A DNA stretch of 64,000 nucleotides from Patescibacteria group bacterium (GTDB lineage: Bacteria; Patescibacteriota; Kazan-3B-28; UBA10110). This document shows, piece after piece, positions 9,019-16,766 of the stretch. Made by a program: the position numbers and the translations under genes. The stretch is taken from positions 30,723-94,722 of the forward strand of contig JBAZXK010000002.1 in assembly GCA_041659905.1 (NCBI GenBank), read 5' to 3'. Each line of letters begins with the position of its first letter. Position 1 is the stretch's first letter. The notes beneath the pieces were generated by a model. The model saw only the letters and a program-made list of their open reading frames with translations. It did not search any database and was not told the DNA's origin.

Positions 9019-10335
9019 TCAATAATCAACCTTGAATTGAAACGGACTGTATCCATCGTTGACCGTTGCTTTGAAAGCAGTGAAAATTTCCTCTCGGGCT
9101 ACTCTTGGGTCTACCTCGTAAGGATAGTCGTAAAGTATGCTCCGACGATGCCACTGGCTGTAGTCTTGATGACAAATCCATGATTTGGTTTTGTCGTAGA
9201 TCTCGGTCCCCGGGAAAGGAACTAAGTATGACACCCCTAGCTCGTAGGGCTTACATTTCTGCACTAGACGAATAGTCGCTTCGATGTCTGCCCGTGTCTC
9301 TCCGGGTATAGCTACAATCAAGCACATCCCGGTTTTTATCCCGACTTGTTTGCACAAATCGAAGGCTAACGCCACCTGTGAGTCAGTGAATCCTTTATGG
9401 AGTTCTCTCAGAATTCGATTGCTCCCCGACTCAACACCAAAACATAGTTGAGAACAACCAGCTTCTTTCATTTTCCTTAACAGCGCCAAGTCAACGCTAT
9501 CAACTCGGGTTTCGGCACTCCAGGAAATTGTTGGACCTCCTTTGACCAGCTTTTCACAAATCGACATGACTCGATCACGCTGGTAGCATAAGAAGTCGTC
9601 ACAGAGCATGATTTCGTCAACGGAGTAGCGCTGATAGAGATACTGCATTTCTCCAACCACTCGTTGTGGTGAATGCGGCCGGAAGCCTTTCCCAGAAACG
9701 CCCTTATCGCAAAAACTACATCCATAAGGGCATCCTCTGGAACTAAACATCGTGGCGATGGAAATGCCCACTTCTTTACTTAGATTTTCCAGGTATCTTT
9801 CCAACGGCAACAATTCGCGATTTGGTTCTGGAATGGCATCCAAATCTTGCGGTGGCTGGCATTTCACCATTGCCGGTCCAATCAATTTTCTTTGGCGAAT
9901 CCAATCTTCCAAAGAAACTGATGCCAACAAATCAACCAACATCACGGGAAAATTTTCGGCTTCTCCCTGGACAACCATATCTACATTATCTGCAGATAAG
10001 CCCCCATGGGTGATGGCACTAATACCGGGTCCACCAAAGATAATCATTTTCTGGGGATCATTTTCTTTGATACATCGAGCGATACGTAGCGCCTCGCCAA
10101 TTTCAGTGATAGTAGTGCTGATGCCAATGATACGAGTCCGGATGTTGTCGATACTAGCCTGGTAATCATGTTCGGCCAAGAGCTGGCCATTGATAAATGA
10201 AGTTTCCCAGCCGTTCTTTTGGAAAGCTGCTATCAAATAGAGCAATCCCAGCGGTGGATATAATCTAAATTCAATTTCCTCCGCTGGACGGGGAAAAATC
10301 AAGGTGATTTCCTTTGCTACCCACTTGGCAGTCAT
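9019..10335 (-). CDS. B12-binding domain radical SAM protein (class B methyltransferase-like)
   Basis: YPPLGLLYL/GGP/GEAE cobalamin domain, SRGCPYGCSFC and FGVESGS. SD AAGGAGG. Confidence 0.92.
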   Translation of the reverse strand: MTAKWVAKEITLIFPRPAEEIEFRLYPPLGLLYLIAAFQKNGWETSFINGQLLAEHDYQASIDNIRTRIIGISTTITEIGEALRIARCIKENDPQKMIIFGGPGISAITHGGLSADNVDMVVQGEAENFPVMLVDLLASVSLEDWIRQRKLIGPAMVKCQPPQDLDAIPEPNRELLPLERYLENLSKEVGISIATMFSSRGCPYGCSFCDKGVSGKGFRPHSPQRVVGEMQYLYQRYSVDEIMLCDDFLCYQRDRVMSICEKLVKGGPTISWSAETRVDSVDLALLRKMKEAGCSQLCFGVESGSNRILRELHKGFTDSQVALAFDLCKQVGIKTGMCLIVAIPGETRADIEATIRLVQKCKPYELGVSYLVPFPGTEIYDKTKSWICHQDYSQWHRRSILYDYPYEVDPRVAREEIFTAFKATVNDGYSPFQFKVDY

Positions 10336-10403
10336 GGTGGCCTCCTTTCAAAGAGCGAGATTAAGATAGAATATCATAACATATTAATTAATATGGTTGA
10401 TAC

Positions 10404-10438
10404 AAAAAAAAACGGATGGCCGAGAACGGCCATCCGTT
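10404..10438 (-). terminator. intrinsic terminator after ABC-F gene
   Basis: 12-bp stem AACGGATGGCCG/CGGCCATCCGTT followed by a long U tract on the - strand. Confidence 0.85.
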
Positions 10439-10460
10439 GGAATACTCAATGGTTATTACT

Positions 10461-12104
10461 TTAAAGCATATTGATCAGTCGCTTAGCTTCCCGCTCAGCG
10501 TCAGCCAAATATGCTTCGTAGTTTTGTTGACGGTCGAGCTTACCGTCAGAAAGAACATAGGTGTCAGTGGGATTGAACTTCTGGAGAAAATATCGATCGT
10601 GTGACACCAACACAATCGTACCTTCATAGTGAGTAACTGCTTCTTCCAGTGCTTCTAGTGCTTCTATGTCCAGATGATTAGTCGGCTCATCAAGAAGCAA
10701 AGTATTCACCGATAAAGCAGAGAATAACGCCAATAGCAACCGTGATCTCCCGCCGGGAGAAAGGTTACTCACAGTCTTGCCAATTTCTTCAGGACTAAAA
10801 CCGTAATGAACAGCTAAAGCATATGCATCAGGAACTGGCAAATGACCTTTTTGCGTTAACAGATCAGAAAGGGTTGTCTCACGAGGAAGATTGTCATGTT
10901 CTTGCATTAAATTGCCTATAATCAGCGCATTGCCGACTCTCACCTCCCCCGCTAGGGGCGACAACTCCCCCCCAATTGTTTTGAGGAGAGTGGACTTGCC
11001 TGATCCATTCAAACCAAGAATCACCACTCGGCTACCGTAAGGAAAAATAGCAGATATGGGCCCGATTTGAAAACCGCTTTGGGCATATCCGGCAACCACA
11101 CCTTGCAATACTATGTCCTTGGATCCTCCGGGTTTTAATGGTCTGATATTGATGCGAAACAATTCTCGCTCGAGCGGTTTTTCAACTTTCTCCATCTGCT
11201 CAATGCGCTTTTCGATTGCCTTTGCAGCTCGACTAGAGCCGGCCGCCCGATCCCGTTTAAACCCTTGCAGAAACTTGTCGCTAGCGGAGCCGCGAAAGTT
11301 GGCACCTTTGGCCGCTTGAGCCCGTTTAGACTTAGCTGCCCCAACCAGCCGTTGAGTTTCCTCTTGTTGTGCCTCATAATCAGCTGCCTGTTTTCTGCGT
11401 TCCTTTTCTCTCCGTTCCAAATAGTCGGAATATCGACCATTAGTAACATTGAGCGAACGAGTATGCCAGTCAATTTCGAAAATCTTTCTAACCACTCGAT
11501 CAAGAAACGTGCGGTCATGAGAAACCACCAAACAAGCTGCTGGTGATCGCATCAAAAAATCTTCGAGCCAAATCAAAGCTGAGAGATCAAGGTTGTTGGT
11601 CGGCTCGTCTAATAGCAGTAAATCCGCATCGGACAATAGCACACCGGCCATCAATACCTTGCTTTTCTGACCGGATGACAATGTGTTAATCGATCGATCA
11701 TTGTCAACACCGCTCAAACCGAATCCCGCTAGGGTTATTTGCATTCGATAGTCGAAAGAATAACCTCCTCGGCTCTCGTATTCTTCAACTGCTTCTGGAG
11801 ATGTTTCAAGCTGGGCTTCCAGATCCCCAATACCCGTTACTCTACGTAAATAGTCACCAATGGTTTCGTCGGTCATCAGGCTGGTGTCCTGCGGCATATA
11901 GCCAATAGTTAGGCCCTTGCGCAAAGTGACAGTGCCGGCATCAGGCTCAACTAACCCCGCAATGATTTGCAGGAGAGTTGATTTACCCGTGCCATTACCA
12001 CCAACTAGCCCTACCTTCTGACCTTTTTCCAACGAAAACGAAATATCATTGATGACCGTAACGGTCTCGTAGGTTTTGCCAATTCGTTCAATCTTGACTT
12101 CCAT
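10461..12104 (-). CDS. ABC-F family ATPase (ribosome-associated; possibly ARE-type)
   Basis: Two NBDs (GGNGTGKST and GLNGSGKST, LSSGQ/LSPGG, LLLDEPTN, VSHDR) and no TM domain. Confidence 0.93.
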   Translation of the reverse strand: MEVKIERIGKTYETVTVINDISFSLEKGQKVGLVGGNGTGKSTLLQIIAGLVEPDAGTVTLRKGLTIGYMPQDTSLMTDETIGDYLRRVTGIGDLEAQLETSPEAVEEYESRGGYSFDYRMQITLAGFGLSGVDNDRSINTLSSGQKSKVLMAGVLLSDADLLLLDEPTNNLDLSALIWLEDFLMRSPAACLVVSHDRTFLDRVVRKIFEIDWHTRSLNVTNGRYSDYLERREKERRKQAADYEAQQEETQRLVGAAKSKRAQAAKGANFRGSASDKFLQGFKRDRAAGSSRAAKAIEKRIEQMEKVEKPLERELFRINIRPLKPGGSKDIVLQGVVAGYAQSGFQIGPISAIFPYGSRVVILGLNGSGKSTLLKTIGGELSPLAGEVRVGNALIIGNLMQEHDNLPRETTLSDLLTQKGHLPVPDAYALAVHYGFSPEEIGKTVSNLSPGGRSRLLLALFSALSVNTLLLDEPTNHLDIEALEALEEAVTHYEGTIVLVSHDRYFLQKFNPTDTYVLSDGKLDRQQNYEAYLADAEREAKRLINML

Positions 12105-12249
12105 GATTTCGCTCCTTTTTTATTATTTTCTCATGGAACTAAGAAAAATTTGTCAAAGCCCCATTTCCCCCTGGGGACAGAATGTTCCCATTCTTACAAT
12201 TGAGGGTAGCACAACCTGGTAGCTTTGTCCATGAATAAACACATACGGA

Positions 12250-12274
12250 AATCTCCCCAGATTGTGGGGAGATT
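12250..12274 (-). terminator. hairpin after MTAP gene (putative terminator)
   Basis: AATCTCCCCA-GATTG-TGGGGAGATT, with a short U tract only. Confidence 0.6.
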
Positions 12275-12294
12275 CAGGTTCAAATTTAACTGGG

Positions 12295-13170
12295 TCAACT
12301 TCGAGCTTTGTAATACTCCGCTATTCTGGTACCCGCACAGTTACAAGTCACCAGTTCCGTAGCATGCCCCGCCAGCCGGGAAATCAGTTTTAGTGTATTG
12401 ACAGTGTTGCTCTGGAAGATGGCTAAAACCTTCTCCATATTGCCAGGTTGCATTGATAGACTGCTAGGCACTCCTACATCGTAATCAGTTACTGATGCGA
12501 CTGCGCCATAGCAAATTCCGAGCTCGTGAGCAAAATAACATTCTGGGTACTGAGTCATATTGACTACATGCCCTCCCCACAGCATGAACATCTTGCTTTC
12601 CGCCACGGTAGAAAACCGTGGCCCTTGGATAACAACCACTGTTCCGCCAATCCGATGGGGTATTCCGCTCAACTCCAGCTCCCGCTCCATTATCCCGCTC
12701 AGGTGAGAGCAATAAGGAGCACTCATGCCAAGATGAACAACTTCAGAGTCCACCGTCGAGGTATCATCACGCCCCCAGGTAAAGTTGATGAACTGGTCTA
12801 GGATCACCAGTGTACCTGGAGCTATACTTTCCTGCAGACTACCCACCACACAAGTCGCAATAACATGGTTCGCGCCGACGGATTTTAACGCGAATAAGTT
12901 GGCCTTATAGGGCACTTTATGCGGTAGGATGGTGTGGTCTTTGCCATGCCGAGGTAAAAAAGCAATTCGACTGCCATTACAATCGCCCACACTAATTGCA
13001 GACGAAGGTTTTCCATATGGCGTGTCTACATCCACTTCTTTTTGGATATTAAACCCCGGCAGACTACATAGGCCCGATCCTCCGATGATACCGATAACTC
13101 CAGAAAGGGATTTGCCCGTTGAGAAGTTGGCATCGCCGGTTTGGCTCAAGAATTCTCCAGATGAGTCCAT
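12295..13170 (-). CDS. mtnP: S-methyl-5'-thioadenosine / purine nucleoside phosphorylase (MTAP family)
   Basis: IGIIGGSG, TPYGKPS, FLPRHG, IQGPRFST.AES, VNMT..PE and VTDYD. ATG 13170 has AGGAG 7 nt upstream. Confidence 0.9.
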   Translation of the reverse strand: MDSSGEFLSQTGDANFSTGKSLSGVIGIIGGSGLCSLPGFNIQKEVDVDTPYGKPSSAISVGDCNGSRIAFLPRHGKDHTILPHKVPYKANLFALKSVGANHVIATCVVGSLQESIAPGTLVILDQFINFTWGRDDTSTVDSEVVHLGMSAPYCSHLSGIMERELELSGIPHRIGGTVVVIQGPRFSTVAESKMFMLWGGHVVNMTQYPECYFAHELGICYGAVASVTDYDVGVPSSLSMQPGNMEKVLAIFQSNTVNTLKLISRLAGHATELVTCNCAGTRIAEYYKARS

Positions 13171-14503
13171 GTGTAATCTCCTGGGTAAAGACAGTATTTC
13201 CTGCATCTGTAGCAGTAACACTGCCTAATAGCTCGTGTGTTCCCCATGCACATCCTCCACCATCCAACATGCCGTAATTCTTGCCAAGGATTTTACGATC
13301 ACTAATGAGAGGAACACGCTGCCTCCAAGCTTTCACTGTTTTAGTGTCAGCAATTCTGAAAGAAGCAGGCAGTTCGCTAACATGTCCCTGATCACACCGA
13401 AGAAATGGACAATTAGTTACTTGGCCATCAGGCTGAATTACCAACTGGCTGCCATAACAAGTGCAATCAATGCTAAAAGGTAGTGCTTGGCGCAAGGCCG
13501 TCAGTTTTTTCTCCAGCTGATACTCAAAAAAATCATCGCCATCGGTTTGATGTGCATCATTCCAGCCGGAAAGGACACCCTGAGCAGCGGCTAGGTAATA
13601 ACTGTCCGGATCGATCGCTAACGGAGACTCTAACAAAGCATTCCCTTTCAGTAAATTAAAGCCAAACTTGGACACGCCTAGATCTTGCAAGAATTTCGGA
13701 TACTCGTCCAGGATGGCGATATTCTCTGCATTAATGATCACCGATGCTACAACCTTTACTCGGTTAGCCGTCAGGATTTTGATTGCCTGGGCAATTCCGG
13801 CAAAAGTTGGTTCCCCGGCAGAGGTCCGCCTTGATTTGTTATTGATTGCAGAAGGACCGTCAATGCCGACTGCTACCATAACCTTATGGTCCGCTAACAG
13901 CTTGACTAGCTCCTCATCGATCAATATGCCATTAGTACATAACATTAGCTCCAAATTCTGGGGTAGCCTTCCCAGAGCCTTCTCTGCTTCCACAAAAGGC
14001 AAAACCTTCTCGAACACTGGGCGGTTCAATAGAGGTTCTCCTCCGTAGAAAACTAGAAAGAAGGGCTCACTGTCTTCACCTGAAAAGTCCTCGATATGTT
14101 TCTCCCATAATTGGATCCCGGCAACTGCATCGTCCCAAGACAATTTACTGTCACCGTATTGTTTTGCCAATTTGGGGATCGGACAATATCCGCAGGCAAA
14201 GTTACAGTTCTGTGCCAACATTAAATACAGGATGGTTGGCCGATCTAAGAGCTGGATTGCCCATTTCTGGGCAACTTCCAACTCTTGCTGGTCGATCTCC
14301 GATGATGCTATCAACATCTTTTTCTCGCATAGTTCAACGACTAGATCATTCAAGCAGAGATTACCCGGCAACCTGCCATCCATGGCATTCCAAACTGTGG
14401 TTGGCAAATACACAGGCTCCGGATGTAATTGATGGAAAAGTGCTGATATTCCATCCTGCTCCAAATGACAAAGAAATCGAGATTCCTGGAAAAACTGATC
14501 CAT
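13064..14503 (-). CDS. radical SAM protein with N-terminal RRE-like region and SPASM/twitch-type C-terminus (putative peptide maturase)
   Basis: CNFACGYC, FYGGEPLLN, CTNG, GIDGP, CTCYGSQLVIQPDGQVTNCP and GGGC. Start moved to MDQFFQ (14503), after the terminator hairpin. Confidence 0.9.
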   Translation of the reverse strand: MDQFFQESRFLCHLEQDGISALFHQLHPEPVYLPTTVWNAMDGRLPGNLCLNDLVVELCEKKMLIASSEIDQQELEVAQKWAIQLLDRPTILYLMLAQNCNFACGYCPIPKLAKQYGDSKLSWDDAVAGIQLWEKHIEDFSGEDSEPFFLVFYGGEPLLNRPVFEKVLPFVEAEKALGRLPQNLELMLCTNGILIDEELVKLLADHKVMVAVGIDGPSAINNKSRRTSAGEPTFAGIAQAIKILTANRVKVVASVIINAENIAILDEYPKFLQDLGVSKFGFNLLKGNALLESPLAIDPDSYYLAAAQGVLSGWNDAHQTDGDDFFEYQLEKKLTALRQALPFSIDCTCYGSQLVIQPDGQVTNCPFLRCDQGHVSELPASFRIADTKTVKAWRQRVPLISDRKILGKNYGMLDGGGCAWGTHELLGSVTATDAGNTVFTQEITHGLIWRILEPNRRCQLLNGQIPFWSYRYHRRIGPM

Positions 14504-14521
14504 AATTATCCCTTCTTTCTG

Positions 14522-14552
14522 AAGAAAAAGCCCCCGTGTCCAAACGGGGGCT
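14522..14552 (-). terminator. intrinsic terminator/attenuator between peptide gene and radical SAM gene
   Basis: Minus strand AGCCCCCGT-TTGGAC-ACGGGGGCT followed by TTTTCTT. Confidence 0.8.
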
Positions 14553-14592
14553 ACATGTGGTCTCACTGTACGCAAAAGCGAATTGCGGTCGG

Positions 14593-14769
14593 TTACTCTC
14601 TTACCTTTTCGGCCGCTTCGAGCAACTGCTCCTTGGTCAACTTGACCTGGTTGCCATCATCGTCAGTGATCTTCACGTTGCCTTCGCGCTTGTTGACTTC
14701 CACGGTGGGGCAACAGCCTTTAACACCGCAGAGTTTGTAGCGCTTAATGTCCTCATTATTGGGCATCAT
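14593..14769 (-). CDS. 58-aa Cys-containing small protein, candidate radical SAM substrate (missing from ORF track)
   Basis: MMPNNEDIKRYKLCGVKGCCPTVEVNKREGNVKITDDDGNQVKLTKEQLLEAAEKVRE*. Strong SD AAAAGGAGG immediately upstream and a terminator downstream. Confidence 0.85.
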   Translation of the reverse strand: MMPNNEDIKRYKLCGVKGCCPTVEVNKREGNVKITDDDGNQVKLTKEQLLEAAEKVRE

Positions 14770-14992
14770 TGGCCCTCCTTTTTCATGAATTTGAGGTCAA
14801 AGATCATGCAGAACTACTTCTGCTTAACCCAAACTTACCTCATTAAACAGAATTAGTCCATATGACGGTCTCTACAGGCACAAATGAGACAATGGCAAGG
14901 GGATATGAAAATATCTCATATATGGCCTAATAATCAGTCTAATAGTCAAATCAACCAAGATAGGCACCTCGGTCATTTGATTCGTTTTTATT

Positions 14993-15275
14993 TGGCTCCG
15001 GGGGAGGGATTCGAACCCACGACCAATTGATTACACAAATCCATAATTTTCATTATGGCGTGGACTATATCTTTACCATGCCTCATTTGGAGAGGTTTAG
15101 GCATCTCGGTATCTAGTCTCTACGGCGCCCTCAATTTTAAATTGAGGTTCCCACGGTGTTAACATATCTCACGACTTAGTCTTCACCGTTATCCCAAGAT
15201 GTTCACTTTGGCGTTTCCACCAAAGGCTGCGTTTTATGATCACAGTCAACTGCTCTACCGCTGAGCTACCCCGGA
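14993..15275 (-). tRNA. tRNA-Asn (GTT), intron-split: 5' exon 15275-15242, 3' exon 15033-14993
   Basis: Joined exons give a 75-nt tRNA, TCCGGGGTAGCTCAGCGGTAGAGCAGTTGACTGT^TAATCAATTGGTCGTGGGTTCGAATCCCTCCCCCGGAGCCA. Confidence 0.92.
15034..15241 (-). ncRNA. group I self-splicing intron (208 nt) within the tRNA-Asn anticodon
   Basis: 5' exon ends in U, which can pair with intron GCAG (P1, U-G wobble). Core elements GTAGAGACTA and AAGATATAGTCC. Intron ends in G. No ORF. Confidence 0.9.
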
Positions 15276-15305
15276 TTGTCAAATTACTTACCTATATATT
15301 CTAAC

Positions 15306-16751
15306 CTATTCGAGATAATCCTTTAATTTCTTAGAATCTTTAGATTTTTTGAGTTTCGCGAGGGCTTTGGCTTCGATCTGGCGAATGCGCTCGCGCGTTA
15401 CTCCAAATTCATGCCCGACTTCTTCTAAAGTATGTGCCCACTCCCCGTCTAAGCCAAAGCGCATCTTTAATATTTTCTGTTCCCGCGGGGTAAGTAGATG
15501 CAACACACTACCTATATCTGACTTCAATAAATCTTGGGCGGATTGTTCATCTGGCGTTAAACTATCTTCATCTTTGATAAAATCGCCCAGCAGGCTATCG
15601 TCTTCATCACCGACAGATTTCTCTAACGACACGGTTTCCTGTGAAATTTTAAGGATGTGGTTAACCTTTTCTAATTCAATCCCCATTTCGTTGGCAATTT
15701 CCTCAGGTGAAGGCGGCCGACCCAACTCTTGCACCATCTGCCGCTGAGTGCGTGCCAAGCGATTCATCGTTTCGACCATATGCACCGGAATCCGGATAGT
15801 GCGGGCTTGGTCTGCGATCGCCCGGGTAATGGCCTGTTTAATCCACCAGGTCGCATAAGTAGAGAATTTAAACCCGCGTTTGTAGTCGAATTTATCTACC
15901 GCTTTCATCAAACCGATATTGCCTTCCTGGATTAAATCCAGGAGCGACAATCCCCGGCCGATATATTTCTTAGCAATACTTACAACTAACCGCAAGTTGG
16001 CTTCGGCTAAGGCTTTGGCAGCCATCGTGTCGCCAGCTGCCACCCGTTTAGCTAAAGCCACTTCTTCCGGCTTCTTCAATAAGGCGATCTGCCCAATTTC
16101 CTTCAAATACATCCGCACCGAATCTTCGCCAATCGCTTCGGTGGATTCTTCTTCGCTCAATCCTTTTTTGACCGGTTTTTTACTCTTGCGGACTTTCTTA
16201 GTTTCTACATCCGAAGCTCCGGATTGCCAAATCAGATCCTCGCGCAAATCTACCACTTCTATCCCTAAATCTAAGAAGGATTCGTACAGCTTATCCAGTA
16301 GCTCGATGTTATTTTCGGCATCAGGAACTGCTTGATTTAATTCCTGCTGCGTAACAAAATTTTGGTCTTGCGCTTTCAGTAATAAATATTCGATCTCTGG
16401 CGGAAAATTGTACTTTTTTAGTTTATCCTTAAAACTTTGAACTTCTTCTATCTCGTCTTCCAGTTGTAATTCCGGCTCCTGTTGTTCTACGACTGGAATA
16501 ACTAGTTCTTCGATTTTTTTTATTTTCTTTTTTGGTTTAATTACTGCTTTGACAGGTTTCTTGGCTGCTTTTTTGGCCGCTGGTTTTGCGCGGTGCGGGG
16601 CCTTCACCGCTTTCTTCAATTTATGAGCCGTTTTTTTCACCGGCTTAGTTGCCTTTTTGGCAAATTTAGCCTTCTTTCTTGAAGGCATAGTGGTTTTTCT
16701 CTGCTTAGCTTTTGCCGAAGCAGACTTCTTGGCTGATTGTTTCTTCGCCAT
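15306..16751 (-). CDS. rpoD: RNA polymerase sigma factor RpoD with Lys/Ala-rich N-terminal extension
   Basis: [34 protein letters not shown] and [22 protein letters not shown]. Confidence 0.97.
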   Translation of the reverse strand: MAKKQSAKKSASAKAKQRKTTMPSRKKAKFAKKATKPVKKTAHKLKKAVKAPHRAKPAAKKAAKKPVKAVIKPKKKIKKIEELVIPVVEQQEPELQLEDEIEEVQSFKDKLKKYNFPPEIEYLLLKAQDQNFVTQQELNQAVPDAENNIELLDKLYESFLDLGIEVVDLREDLIWQSGASDVETKKVRKSKKPVKKGLSEEESTEAIGEDSVRMYLKEIGQIALLKKPEEVALAKRVAAGDTMAAKALAEANLRLVVSIAKKYIGRGLSLLDLIQEGNIGLMKAVDKFDYKRGFKFSTYATWWIKQAITRAIADQARTIRIPVHMVETMNRLARTQRQMVQELGRPPSPEEIANEMGIELEKVNHILKISQETVSLEKSVGDEDDSLLGDFIKDEDSLTPDEQSAQDLLKSDIGSVLHLLTPREQKILKMRFGLDGEWAHTLEEVGHEFGVTRERIRQIEAKALAKLKKSKDSKKLKDYLE

Positions 16752-16766
16752 ATAAAAATAAAATAA

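Noticed and set aside
14504-14575. N-terminal extension MRTVRPHVAP... of the radical SAM ORF
   Set aside because: It runs through the terminator hairpin and has no SD. ATG 14503 has a purine-rich RBS.
14465-14856. Plus-strand ORFs 14465-14740 and 14536-14856
   Set aside because: Antisense shadows of the SD-led 58-aa peptide gene.
3687-14990. Integrative island at the tRNA-Asn 3' end
   Set aside because: No integrase. The only att-like match found is 8 bp (CTCCGGGG at 6629-6636), which is expected by chance.
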